A stretch of 49,241 nucleotides of DNA from Thermoproteota archaeon (GCA_049700215.1 JBNAVT010000011.1:1-49241); one strand, 5' to 3'. Counted from the first letter of the stretch, positions 19,342-29,580 are shown. Numbers and translations: made by a program. The notes: a model not told the origin generated them from the sequence alone.

Positions 19342-20811
19342 ATGCGTCTACTCGACGGGAAGAACCTGGAGAAGATCGGCATTATTGCCAGCGACTCCAG
19401 CGAAACCAGGGCTAGGCTCCTCCTAGAGGAGGAGAAGGAGCTTAAGGTTAGGGCTGAGGAGATTGTCGTGGTCGAGACGCCCATGGGGGAGGTGCTTGGG
19501 GTTCTTAGAAGCGGGAGCGGGGTGAACGAGGCTCTTAGGGCTAACGCCTATAGGCCGAGCGTCGCGTACGCTAAGAGGGGTGGAGTGCCTTCAGGAGCCA
19601 GGGAGATATATACTTTCGAAATAATGGTGATAGGGGTTTTAACCGGGAACGGGGTTGAGCAGAACCGGATGATAATACCGCCTAGAAGCAGCGTCTACAT
19701 GTTTAAGCCGGGTGTTTCCAATCCTCTTGAACACGTTGCGAGGAGCAAGCCGGTTGTCTGGAACGCTTGCCTGGAGGGGCATGAGGATTGGAAAATACCC
19801 TTCGACAGTTCCTTCCTGCCATACCATATTGGCGTGTTCGGCGCAACGGGAAGCGGTAAGTCTTGGCTTACAAGGTTTGTCCTGGTTCCAGTTCTTCTGG
19901 AATCCGGCTTCAAGGTTCTGATTCTCGACTGGAGCGGCGAGGACTATGCTCCGCACTATAAGGATAAGGCGGTTCCAATATCTTCCCTCAGGCTTGACGA
20001 GGAGGCCGTCGTCAGGTACATTCTGGAGAAGGCGGAGCACTTCGGCTACACTGGTCAGGCTAGGGATTCAAACCCCGTCAGGGAGGCTCTGGAGGACTAC
20101 GTGTCGAGAAGATGGGAGGAGGTGCGCCAGAAATCCTCTGAAGAGATGTTCCTAGACATGAGGAACCACTTTGAATACTGGATTAGGCAGTCTCAAATGA
20201 GGGAGGACTATAAGAGGACTGCTCTGCGTCGACTCGAGTATGGCTTCAAGAAGCTTAGGCCGATTGACCTGGAGGCTGTCAGAGGCTCGTTAAGCATAGA
20301 GGATCTTGTTGAGGACTTGAGAAGAGAGGAGAAGGGGCTTAGGGTCGTCGACATGAGCCTAGTGGGGAGTGACGAGAAGCTTTCCTTCTTCAACTCTCTC
20401 GCAAGGTTCCTGGAGGAGGGTATGGAGCTTGGAGAGTCCCTCGGGCTTGCGCTTGTAATAGACGAGGGGCCGCAGTACGCTCCCTGGGAGCCCAAGGGGA
20501 TACAGTATGAGTCTACTGAACACATTAAGAACCTCTGCGCCCTAGGTAGGAAACACAGGCTCTGCATCGTCTTAATATCTCAAGGGATAGCTGGAGACAT
20601 AGGTATTAACGCTGCCGTTAGAAGAAACCTTAACACTCAGTTTTTCGGAGCCCTGCACCCGCTTGACATGCAGGAGGCTGACAACTGGCTTAAACCCTAC
20701 GGGATTCAGAGGGAGTATCTTCTCTCGCTGAAGCCTGGACAGTTCTACTTCGTCGGCAAGGCCAACCCGTCTCCAATACCCCTCTTAATATCTTTCAAGC
20801 CGGGGAGCTGA
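19342..20811 (+). CDS. herA: HerA-family helicase/translocase (HAS barrel plus ATPase)
   Basis: N-terminal beta barrel; HIGVFGATGSGKS; ILDWSGE; VIDEG; GRK; ISQ. Confidence 0.9.
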   Translation: MRLLDGKNLEKIGIIASDSSETRARLLLEEEKELKVRAEEIVVVETPMGEVLGVLRSGSGVNEALRANAYRPSVAYAKRGGVPSGAREIYTFEIMVIGVLTGNGVEQNRMIIPPRSSVYMFKPGVSNPLEHVARSKPVVWNACLEGHEDWKIPFDSSFLPYHIGVFGATGSGKSWLTRFVLVPVLLESGFKVLILDWSGEDYAPHYKDKAVPISSLRLDEEAVVRYILEKAEHFGYTGQARDSNPVREALEDYVSRRWEEVRQKSSEEMFLDMRNHFEYWIRQSQMREDYKRTALRRLEYGFKKLRPIDLEAVRGSLSIEDLVEDLRREEKGLRVVDMSLVGSDEKLSFFNSLARFLEEGMELGESLGLALVIDEGPQYAPWEPKGIQYESTEHIKNLCALGRKHRLCIVLISQGIAGDIGINAAVRRNLNTQFFGALHPLDMQEADNWLKPYGIQREYLLSLKPGQFYFVGKANPSPIPLLISFKPGS

Positions 20812-20815
20812 CGCC

Positions 20816-22003
20816 ATGGCTTCTGAAACATCCTGGAGCAAGCTTCCCATAGATCTTCAGGAGCAGTTCTACGAGAGGGCGGAGAGGGAGGCGCGTAGGC
20901 TTGCAACCGTTATACATGATTTAAGGTCTAGGATAGAGCTGGCCAGGGGCAGGTTGGAGCCCTACCTGCATCAGTTGGAGTTCAAGGCCTCCGGGGATTT
21001 TTCCATAGCTGCTGTCGACGGCTCCTTCTCGCCTAGGCCGGCTGAAACCATTGGGGCAAGGTTCTCAGTGTATTCCGCGGGGTTCATAATGGTGAAGGGT
21101 AGGAAAATAGTTAGGGAAGGCTTTTTCTCAGGCGGTGTGCGTCACGATCAGGCTCACACCAGGGAGTTTTCCAGCGCTGTCCTGCACGTTCAGGAATCTT
21201 ATTTAGAGAGGAGAGCCGCCTTGGAGGCCTTGAAAGAGAGCCCTGACCTACTGCTTCTAGACGGGAGCTTCTTAGGGTTCGCGTACTCTCTTTTCAGGGT
21301 GAGGAGAGTAATCCCGGTGCCCGAGTGGATAATCGACACGGCTAGAGAAACCCTGGAGGCAACGGAGAAGCTGCTGGACTCGGGGAAGTGTGCCGGAGTG
21401 GTTAAGAGGGGGAGGAGCAGGGCTATAGGAGGCTGGTTGTCAATAGAGGAGGACAGTAAAAACCCTTTGACAGACTGTTTGGATAAGCAGATTCTACACT
21501 ATCTTATGAAGCCTCCTGCAATCCTTAACTATAGGGAGCTTCTGAAGCAGCCTGGCCTCCAGAGGGTCTACAGCAGGGTTAGTGAGCTGCTTGAAAGAGG
21601 AGGGTTAAGCCCCAGGGATGCTTTGGAGCAGGCTATGGGGTGGGTTGTTGAAAGCCTAACTAAGGCTCTAGACGTGTCTAGTGAAACAGCCCTTAGGCTT
21701 GAATCCAGGATAAACAGGGTTCAAATAAAGGTTAGTGCTGAGAACCCTCCCTTCGAGCTTGAAGCACCGGTTGAATCAGAGGAGAAAGTGTTGAATGTTC
21801 TCTTCTCGAGCGTTGACAATTTTAACATGGCGACGGGTCTGCCTCTCGCGATAGATCTTGTTGATGAAAGCGTCACGCTGCCAGCTGAGTTTACGAGGGA
21901 GTTTGTAAGGGAGGTTGAAGCCAGGATCGTGGATTCTTACGACGGGGATCCTGAGGAAGTAAGAGGGTTTTTCACAGCTATGAATCCTCAGAAAGAACTC
22001 TAA
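20816..22003 (+). CDS. nurA: NurA-family nuclease
   Basis: IAAVDGS, LERRAA, LLLLDGS, GVVKR, GLPLAIDLVDE; 4 bp after herA. Confidence 0.9.
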   Translation: MASETSWSKLPIDLQEQFYERAEREARRLATVIHDLRSRIELARGRLEPYLHQLEFKASGDFSIAAVDGSFSPRPAETIGARFSVYSAGFIMVKGRKIVREGFFSGGVRHDQAHTREFSSAVLHVQESYLERRAALEALKESPDLLLLDGSFLGFAYSLFRVRRVIPVPEWIIDTARETLEATEKLLDSGKCAGVVKRGRSRAIGGWLSIEEDSKNPLTDCLDKQILHYLMKPPAILNYRELLKQPGLQRVYSRVSELLERGGLSPRDALEQAMGWVVESLTKALDVSSETALRLESRINRVQIKVSAENPPFELEAPVESEEKVLNVLFSSVDNFNMATGLPLAIDLVDESVTLPAEFTREFVREVEARIVDSYDGDPEEVRGFFTAMNPQKEL

Positions 22004-22021
22004 CCTTTTTATACTTGGTCG

Positions 22022-22987
22022 TTGGCTGTCTGCTTGTTGGAGTGGATTATTCTTGCGCATGGGGATTGCGATGGAGTCTGCTCAGCTTCAATAATTCTCT
22101 CCGCGAAGAGGAGTGCGAAAGTGGTTTTCACGAACCCTGCTGAGCTTCTGTCTGGGCTTAGGCTGATTGAAGCCGGGAACATAATCATAACGGATATAGC
22201 GATAACACCAGCGCATGCGGATGAAACAGTCTCGGAATTGAGGAGGTTAAGCTCCACAGGGGAAATCGTCTACTTGGATCACCATCCTCTTCCACCAGGA
22301 TTGGGGTTGAAAGATCTGCCTGCGAAGACTGTCGAAGCCAGGGGGGAGGCGTGTGCGTCTGAACTGGCATACGTGTGCTTCAAAGAGATTTTAGACCCGG
22401 AGATAAGCAGGATCGCCGTCTACGGTGCCATAGGGGACTATAGTGACAATACTCCCGGGATCAACGAGATTTTGAAGAACTGGGATAAGAGGGAGCTGTA
22501 CTTGGAAGCAGGCATTCTCATCGCCGCTCTTGAAGGAGTGAAGAAGAGGGATTTCGTTTTTAAGAGAAGCCTCGTCGAATACCTCTCTGAAAACAGGCTT
22601 CCAAGCGCTGATAGAAACCTTGTTGAGATTGCTCTACGAGAGTCTGAGAGGGATGAGGAGATGCGCCGCTTGGTGAAGAGCCTGGTTAAGACTCACGGGA
22701 GAGTGTCTTACGTCTTGAACGTGGAATGGTCGCTCGGGAAGGCTGCGACCTACGCCAGGGCTTACGGCAACACGATAGTCGGGGTTGCGGCTGAAGAACA
22801 GGGTGAGAACATTGATCTAAGCCTTAGGTCCGTGGGCTTAAGCGACCTACACAGGGTCGCTTCGGACGTCGCCGGGATGCTCGGGGGTATCGGCGGCGGA
22901 CACGCTAACGCGGCTGGGGCGAGGATTCCACGCGGGAAGCTCCTGGAATTCGTGGAGATGCTTGACGAAAGGCTCGGAGCCTCCTAG
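22022..22987 (+). CDS. DHH/DHHA1 phosphoesterase (RecJ/NrnA-like)
   Basis: HGDCDG, ITD, YLDHH, GAIGD, LSLRS, GGGHANAAG; true start may be the TTG at 22037. Confidence 0.9.
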   Translation: MAVCLLEWIILAHGDCDGVCSASIILSAKRSAKVVFTNPAELLSGLRLIEAGNIIITDIAITPAHADETVSELRRLSSTGEIVYLDHHPLPPGLGLKDLPAKTVEARGEACASELAYVCFKEILDPEISRIAVYGAIGDYSDNTPGINEILKNWDKRELYLEAGILIAALEGVKKRDFVFKRSLVEYLSENRLPSADRNLVEIALRESERDEEMRRLVKSLVKTHGRVSYVLNVEWSLGKAATYARAYGNTIVGVAAEEQGENIDLSLRSVGLSDLHRVASDVAGMLGGIGGGHANAAGARIPRGKLLEFVEMLDERLGAS

Positions 22988-23067
22988 CCCACCTGCTCCC
23001 GCAACTCGTTTTCCGCAAGCTGCCTGGCTAAAAGTTATATTTCCGAGGCCCGCGTAATACTGGGAGA

Positions 23068-25614
23068 ATGAACAGGACAGTGCTGCTCCCGGTTATGGTT
23101 GCACTGCTGGTTTACGCCGCCACCCCCTGGTTAACCGTTTACACTTCAGCCGGCGGGCCCCAGTCCACCAGGGTCTTCCACCCTTTAAAGGACGCTGTGG
23201 TCTACGAGGATGATCCTGACCGTAACTTCGGCTTAAACTGGGAAATAGGAGTCAATTACATGGAGGGTTTCCGAGACCGCTCCTTCATAATGTTCGATTT
23301 AAGCAGCATACCTCCAGGCTCCATCATTGTCTCAGCATTCCTAAACGTATACATGTATGCTCCCCCGGGTTTAAACAGGAGCCTAGCATGCTTCCAGGTT
23401 GCTGAAGGAGACTGGGGTGAGAACAGTATTACTTGGAGGAACCAGCCGGGTGCAAGCCTGTTCGTAACGTCTGTTTCAACAGGCGATAAGCCGAAGTGGC
23501 TTAAGCTAGACGTTAAGAGCTCCCTGGCTAGATTTGCCTCCGGAAGCCGCGCTGGCTACGAGCCCAACTTCGGCTGGATGCTGAGGGATTATGCTGAGGG
23601 CCAGGGCTCATCCAGCTACCCGTTCTGGATGTATTCCAAGGAACATGAGGATTCGAGCAAACACCCGTATCTTGAAGTCAAATACTCTCCTCCCCGTCTC
23701 GACCTGGTTTCCTCAGGGGACTCGATGCAGGCTGGAGGCTGGATTAGGATGAGGGTCTACAGGGAGACTGAGGCGGGTGAAAGGATTACGCGCGGCTCCC
23801 TCAGGGTTAGGCTGGATTCAAGCTCGAACTCGACGAGCAGAAGATTCTCCTTGACGCAGGGTGGCGACGCGATAACGGAGTTAACGATACGGGACGGAGC
23901 GACCTTCGCAGACTTCTACTATTACGAGGAGAAGGCTGGAGCATGGAGCATAAATGTTAAGGCGGTGGACTACCCTGATTACGTTGGCGATGCTGAAACC
24001 ATCATGGTGACGCCCGGCCCATTAGAAGGCTTCGAGTTTGAAGCAGTAGAGTCTCCGAAGCAGGTTGCGATGCCTTTCCAGATAACTATTGTTGCACGCG
24101 ACACTTACGGGAACGTTAAGACCGACTACACCGGGGTGAACACTCTTTCAGACACGACTGGCACGATCAGCCCGAATAAAACCGGTGTCTTCGTAAACGG
24201 GAAGTGGTCCGGCTCCGTAACCATAGGCAGGATAGGTAGAAACATAAGGATCATGACTACGGGCCTGGGTAAAACAGGTGAGAGCAATGTTTTCAACGTT
24301 TCAGCCGGCCCTCCTGCGAAGCTCGTGATCGAGCCCAGCACCTTCAAGATGGCGGCTGGAGTAGTTTTTTCACACCTAAGCTTGTCGCTGAGGGATGTTA
24401 AGGATTTTGAAGCGACTAACACTCTAAACGTGACCGTGAGCCTCTCAACATCCTCCCAGGAGGGGGAGTTCAGGCTCTTCGGGACGGCGATAAGCATAAC
24501 CAGCGTCACGATCCCCGCGGGCTCAAGCACCGTTAAAATAGACTATTACGACACTATGGTTGGAAACCATGCTTTAACAGCCTCCGCCCTGGGCTTCACG
24601 TCTAAAGCGAATGTCACCGTGCTTGTCGACACAGCGCCGCCGGTTACAGTAGTCATGGTTGGGGAGCCGAAGCACGAGGCCGACGGGACTATTTACGTAT
24701 CCGGTTCAACGCCCCTCGTCTTCTCGGCGGAGGATGATTTAAGCGGTGTTAAAAACATTTTTTACAGGGTTGACGAGAACACTTGGGTGGCTTACAATGC
24801 TGCTTTCAACCTTTCACCCCACCCTGAAGGCACGCGTGAAATAAGGTATTACAGCGTGGACAGGGCTGGCAACACTGGGGCTGAAGGGAAGCTCGGACTC
24901 TTCCTGGATAAGTCTCCCCCAAGCATTATGGATGCTTCCCCGTCTGGAAGATTCTTTTCAAGCTCTAAAACAGTCTTTATAATAGTTAAGGCGGCTGATT
25001 CATCGGGGGTCAGGGATGTTGAGCTCACTATGGACGGTGTTGCACACGGTCCAATGGTTAGAAACGGCGACAGGTTTATTAATACTGTGAGCCTGAGCGA
25101 GGGAAGCCACAGCTGGAGCATCAGGGTGTCTGACAACGTGAACAACTCGGAAGTCTACAGCTACTCGTTCACGCTTATCCTTGACACTAGGCCGCCGGTA
25201 GTCACGGGTCTCTCAGGACCCTCTAACCCTGTTTTCGGGGAGGCGGCGACAGTAGCCTGCACGGTTTTCGACGAGCCTTCAGGCGTTAGAGACGTCTACC
25301 TCTGCTACTCCACGGATAAGGGCTCCTCCTGGGTGAGGACGGTTATGAGTCTTCAAGAAGGCCTCTACAAGGGCTCAATACCTTCTCAATTCTTCTTCAC
25401 GGAGGTTCAATACTATGTCGAGGCTGTTGACAACGCTGGCAACAGGTTTCAGACCGGTGTCTCAACCTACACCGTAGGCATACCATTATGGCTCTACCTG
25501 CTGGCCTTATCCCTAGTGGCCTTAGCGGTAGCCGTATTCCTGCTCAGGAGGATTCTTGCGAGAAGGAGGCCTACACAGCTGACGTACACTTCCTCCGGGA
25601 CGGTGACGCAGTGA
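23068..25614 (+). CDS. Large cell-surface protein: signal peptide, DNRLRE-like domain, Ig-like repeats, C-terminal TM anchor
   Basis: DAVVYEDDPDRNFG...RSFIMFDLSSIP...ITWRNQP; repeated DxxPP...SGV...DxAGN units; terminal TM followed by RRILARRR. Confidence 0.82.
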   Translation: MNRTVLLPVMVALLVYAATPWLTVYTSAGGPQSTRVFHPLKDAVVYEDDPDRNFGLNWEIGVNYMEGFRDRSFIMFDLSSIPPGSIIVSAFLNVYMYAPPGLNRSLACFQVAEGDWGENSITWRNQPGASLFVTSVSTGDKPKWLKLDVKSSLARFASGSRAGYEPNFGWMLRDYAEGQGSSSYPFWMYSKEHEDSSKHPYLEVKYSPPRLDLVSSGDSMQAGGWIRMRVYRETEAGERITRGSLRVRLDSSSNSTSRRFSLTQGGDAITELTIRDGATFADFYYYEEKAGAWSINVKAVDYPDYVGDAETIMVTPGPLEGFEFEAVESPKQVAMPFQITIVARDTYGNVKTDYTGVNTLSDTTGTISPNKTGVFVNGKWSGSVTIGRIGRNIRIMTTGLGKTGESNVFNVSAGPPAKLVIEPSTFKMAAGVVFSHLSLSLRDVKDFEATNTLNVTVSLSTSSQEGEFRLFGTAISITSVTIPAGSSTVKIDYYDTMVGNHALTASALGFTSKANVTVLVDTAPPVTVVMVGEPKHEADGTIYVSGSTPLVFSAEDDLSGVKNIFYRVDENTWVAYNAAFNLSPHPEGTREIRYYSVDRAGNTGAEGKLGLFLDKSPPSIMDASPSGRFFSSSKTVFIIVKAADSSGVRDVELTMDGVAHGPMVRNGDRFINTVSLSEGSHSWSIRVSDNVNNSEVYSYSFTLILDTRPPVVTGLSGPSNPVFGEAATVACTVFDEPSGVRDVYLCYSTDKGSSWVRTVMSLQEGLYKGSIPSQFFFTEVQYYVEAVDNAGNRFQTGVSTYTVGIPLWLYLLALSLVALAVAVFLLRRILARRRPTQLTYTSSGTVTQ

Positions 25615-25725
25615 ATCATGATGCTTCAACACTGCTCATCAAAGCCAGTGGCTGTTTAGAAAACGGTGGTTGAAAAATAGCTCAGCCTCTAGCAGTGGTT
25701 ATGGAGAAAAAATCTCGATATTTCT

Positions 25726-26115
25726 CTAAAGTAGGTTTTTTATAAGCTCTTTCTCCGTCACTATCCCAACCATTCTGCCTCCCTTCACGACGACAATCCT
25801 CCTTATCTCTTTTTCCTTCATCAAAGTCACCGCCTTAAGGATAGACGCCTCCGGGTCGATTGTGATAAGCGGCTTGCTCATTATCTCTCTGCACGCTACT
25901 TTCTTAGGGTCTTTACCCTCCATCAGAACCCTCTTGATCAAGTCTCTCTCAGTCACTATTCCCTCAGGCCTCCCCCCGGACTCGACCACGACAGCCCCTA
26001 CTCCGTGGCTCATCATCCTGCTTGCCGCCTCGAAAACCGAATCCGTCGGAAGAACGCTGACGACAGGAGAAGACATGACGTCCCTGACTTTTCTCTCCTC
26101 TTTCTCCGAGGACAA
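25726..26115 (-). CDS. CBS domain pair protein
   Basis: KVRDVMSSPVV...GIVTERDL...IMSKPLITI...GIVTEKEL. Confidence 0.93.
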   Translation of the reverse strand: MSSEKEERKVRDVMSSPVVSVLPTDSVFEAASRMMSHGVGAVVVESGGRPEGIVTERDLIKRVLMEGKDPKKVACREIMSKPLITIDPEASILKAVTLMKEKEIRRIVVVKGGRMVGIVTEKELIKNLL

Positions 26116-26207
26116 ACACCCTCCCCCCGGGATTTCTCTACCCCGCCTGGGTTAATAACCTTTTAGCTAAAAACCTCCTGTTCCAGCGGAGACGCTTTAA
26201 ACGGTTT

Positions 26208-27557
26208 TTGAAAGCATTAGTCAGGTTTTTATACATGAGAATAGTTTTTCCTGAAGGTTTGAAAGGCCCTAAGATAGCTTTCATCGGAGCTGGAAGCGTT
26301 GTTTTTGCGAGAACCCTGATCTCAGACATCCTCTCCTACCCGGCTCTCAGAGAGTCGGAACTGTGCCTGATGGATATTGATGCTGAGCGGCTTGAAACCA
26401 TAACTGGGCTCGCGAAAACAATGACTTCGAAGCATGCTCCCAGCGTAAGGGTTTGCAGCACGCTCAACCGGAGGGAGGCTCTCGACGGCGCTGACTACGT
26501 TATCATCATGATACAGGTGGGCGGGTTGAAAGCGTTTGAGAAGGATGTCTACATTCCTCTTAAACACGGTGTGAACCAGGAGGTTGGAGACACTCTTGGG
26601 CCGGGCGGTGTTTTCAGAGGCTTGAGGACAGTGCCTGTTTTAATCGACATATGCAGGGACATGGAGGACCTCTGCCCGGATGCTCTGCTGGTAAACTACG
26701 CGAACCCGATGGCGATAAACTGCTGGGCTATGAACAGGGCGACGAGAATAAGGAACGTTGGGCTTTGCCACAGTGTTCAGGGGACCGCTATGCAATTGTC
26801 GAGCTACATCGGGGTTTCCTACGAGGAGGTTTACTACTGGGTGGCTGGAATTAATCATCAAGCGTTCTTCCTGGAGTTCAAGCACCGCGGGAAGGATGCT
26901 TACCCGATGCTTTGGGAGGCCATGGGGAAACCGGATGTCTATGAGAAGGATAAGGTTAGGTTTGAGATGATGAAGGCCCTAGGGTATTTCATAACGGAGT
27001 CAAGCCACCATCTTGGAGAATACGTTCCCTACTTCAGGGTGAGCGAGGAGAGGCGTAGGAAATACTGTGAGCCGAGATGGTTCTACTACCAGATATGTCA
27101 GGAAGCGTGGAAGCCCCACTACGAGCAGATAAAGAGGCAGATCTCCGGCGAGGAGCCGGTTGAAATAAAGCGTTCCCACGAGTACGGGGTTATGATAATC
27201 GACTCGATGGAAACAGGGGAACCACGCAGGATAAACGGTAATGTTGAAAACACCGGCATAATAACGAACCTGCCCTACGGGTGTTGCGTTGAGGTGCCTT
27301 GCTTCGTCGACGAGGGTGGGCTGCACCCCTGCTATGTGGGCGGCCTCCCGCCGCAGTGCGCCGCGTTGAACAGGACCAGCATAAACGTTCAAGAATTAGC
27401 GGTTAATGCTGCTCTGGAGGCTGACAGGGAGCTGGCTTACCAGGCAGTCCTGTTCGACCCTTTGACGGCCGCGGTGCTGACGCCTGAAGACATTAGGAAA
27501 ATGGTTAACGAGATGTTTGAGGCTGAGAGGGAGTGGCTTCCGCAATTCTTCGAGTAA
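26208..27557 (+). CDS. melA: GH4 alpha-galactosidase/alpha-glucosidase (NAD+/Mn2+ dependent)
   Basis: KIAFIGAGS, DTLGPGG, NYANP, GLCHS, AGINH, TESSHH; true start probably near 26259. Confidence 0.92.
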   Translation: MKALVRFLYMRIVFPEGLKGPKIAFIGAGSVVFARTLISDILSYPALRESELCLMDIDAERLETITGLAKTMTSKHAPSVRVCSTLNRREALDGADYVIIMIQVGGLKAFEKDVYIPLKHGVNQEVGDTLGPGGVFRGLRTVPVLIDICRDMEDLCPDALLVNYANPMAINCWAMNRATRIRNVGLCHSVQGTAMQLSSYIGVSYEEVYYWVAGINHQAFFLEFKHRGKDAYPMLWEAMGKPDVYEKDKVRFEMMKALGYFITESSHHLGEYVPYFRVSEERRRKYCEPRWFYYQICQEAWKPHYEQIKRQISGEEPVEIKRSHEYGVMIIDSMETGEPRRINGNVENTGIITNLPYGCCVEVPCFVDEGGLHPCYVGGLPPQCAALNRTSINVQELAVNAALEADRELAYQAVLFDPLTAAVLTPEDIRKMVNEMFEAEREWLPQFFE

Positions 27558-27561
27558 ATTT

Positions 27562-28593
27562 TTAAAGCTTCTCTAAAACGAAGATGTGGGGATAAAGCCC
27601 GCCTGCTTCAACAACTCTTTCATGCAGTATCTTAAACCTCCTAGTCTTGAAAACAATTCTCCGGAAAGCCGTTGCCTTAAGGCTTATCAACACTATTCTG
27701 CCGTCGGTCTTAACTATTTTTGAAGCCGAGTTCAGGAAGCTGAAATAGGTTTCCCTAAGGTTCTTCTCCCTCCCCATTCGAACACCGTAGGGAGGGTTCG
27801 TCACCACCCTGTCTACGTTTGAATCATAATATTCTTCAAGCCTCCGGGCGTCGGCGATCCTGAACGAAACGTGTTTCCCAACACCAGCTGCCTCCGCGTT
27901 CCTCCTAGCCCCCTCAAGAAACCTGCTGTTAATGTCGCTGGCGAAAATCTTTACCCTGCCATCCCAGATCTGAGCCGCCTCTATCGGGATCGTGCCGCCG
28001 CCGCAGAAAGGGTCGAGCAGAGCATCCCCCTCACTAACCCCCGCTATCCTCAGCATTCCGTAGGCCAGCGGCGCCTTGATGGCTGCAGGATGGTTGAACG
28101 GTCTTTCAAACCTCTTGTGTAAAGACTCCCGCGTCAGCTGAACCCCGACGTAACACTTGCTCCCTATCACGTTGCAGACGATGTTCACGTCGAAGCTCTT
28201 TAAACTAACCTTCTTACCATACTTGTCGACTATGGCTTGCCCCGCGTACTTCTGAACCTGGACGGAGGTGAAAGCATGCCTGCCTATTCTCTGACACGTG
28301 ACCCTGAAGGTTTCAGCGTTCTCCAAATCCTCTATTTCAATACTCTTCAGCCCGTTGTAAACGTCAAGCAGGCCTTCTCCACCAGTCCTTATTTCGAAAA
28401 CGGACACGTGTTTCACAGCGTGATATATTGAGCGTAGAGAGAAAACCCTGTCAAGCTTCTCCTCGCCTACTTCAACGCTAACCCTGCCCGGGAGACTGTG
28501 GAACCTTGACGCTCCCACTCCTAAAACCTCTTCAACCTCTTTCTCAACGATGTCCTCAATACCAGGGTTTGTAGTAAGCAGAATAATCAACAC
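27562..28593 (-). CDS. trm14: THUMP-domain tRNA guanine-N2 methyltransferase (Trm14-like)
   Basis: TTNPGIED; THUMP TFRVTCQRIG; SLHKR; LDPFCGGGTIPIE; TNPPYG. Confidence 0.85.
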   Translation of the reverse strand: MLIILLTTNPGIEDIVEKEVEEVLGVGASRFHSLPGRVSVEVGEEKLDRVFSLRSIYHAVKHVSVFEIRTGGEGLLDVYNGLKSIEIEDLENAETFRVTCQRIGRHAFTSVQVQKYAGQAIVDKYGKKVSLKSFDVNIVCNVIGSKCYVGVQLTRESLHKRFERPFNHPAAIKAPLAYGMLRIAGVSEGDALLDPFCGGGTIPIEAAQIWDGRVKIFASDINSRFLEGARRNAEAAGVGKHVSFRIADARRLEEYYDSNVDRVVTNPPYGVRMGREKNLRETYFSFLNSASKIVKTDGRIVLISLKATAFRRIVFKTRRFKILHERVVEAGGLYPHIFVLEKL

Positions 28594-28680
28594 CGTGAAA
28601 AATTAGCTGCCCCATCGCCTTAAAAAACTTTATCCTATGGAAGCGTGTTTCCCAGCTGCTTAAACATCCCTCGTTGAAAG

Positions 28681-29580
28681 CTAGACTCGCATGCCGATTC
28701 TCTCAGCTAGTTTAAACGCATCGTGGAACCTAGATGGGCCCCTGAGAGACTCCTCAGCTATGTGGAACACGTCTATCCTAGAATCTTTTAAAAGGATGCG
28801 CCATCCTGAGGGCTCAGCCTTCTCCCATTTACCGCCGAGGCTCCTCACGAGCACCTCCCCAAGGTAGCTGCCGGTCATGAGCACGAGCCTCAGCAGAATC
28901 GTGCTATACGTGTTTTCCTCATCCTCCATGTCCACATCCCTGAAAAGCTCCTTGGGCCAGTAGGCGTCAATAACCCTGTCCAGCTCAACAAGCGAGTCCG
29001 GAGTATAGTCTATAGGCTTAAGCTCCATGCTGTAGAACCATTCAACGCATTCAGCGGAGCAGTGTCTGAAGAAGGCTGGCCCAGCCTCAGCAACCCTGCT
29101 GTCGTCAGCCACTATCTCCCCGTCCTCGCCACGCTTATAGAAGGCGATTTCCAGCCCCTCCTTCTTAGAGGCCTCAGCCCACTTTTCAAGATACTTGTCC
29201 ACCATCTCCAAGTCTGTCTCCTCAGAGTCGAGGCCGCAGTCTTCGAAAAGCTGCAGCTTCAAGTATTCAGCGGTGAACAGGGCATCCTTATTCTCATACC
29301 TTGTCCTCAGGTTGCTGATTATCTCGCTTATTTTCGCAAGCCTGTCTTTGTCAAGCTTGGAGTCAAGCAGCCTTTTAGCCATCGCGAAAATAGAGCGGAA
29401 CATGAATGCTTTTTCACCAGCGTCCGACGCCTCCTCCATCGAGTCGTTAATCCAGTCGTAGAAAACCAGTGTAAACCTGATCCTATCCTCATCACCCGAC
29501 TCCATCATTCTCGTGAAAAACTCCTTATACTCTCTGAATATTCCTGATAAAACCGGTTTATCCTCTTTTCCCTCACTCAT
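28681..29580 (-). CDS. Acidic hypothetical protein; C-terminal domain of DUF3806-like type
   Basis: 299-aa ORF; DYTPDSLVELDRVI...GSYLGEVL...GGKW pattern; family call is tentative. Confidence 0.65.
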   Translation of the reverse strand: MSEGKEDKPVLSGIFREYKEFFTRMMESGDEDRIRFTLVFYDWINDSMEEASDAGEKAFMFRSIFAMAKRLLDSKLDKDRLAKISEIISNLRTRYENKDALFTAEYLKLQLFEDCGLDSEETDLEMVDKYLEKWAEASKKEGLEIAFYKRGEDGEIVADDSRVAEAGPAFFRHCSAECVEWFYSMELKPIDYTPDSLVELDRVIDAYWPKELFRDVDMEDEENTYSTILLRLVLMTGSYLGEVLVRSLGGKWEKAEPSGWRILLKDSRIDVFHIAEESLRGPSRFHDAFKLAERIGMRV

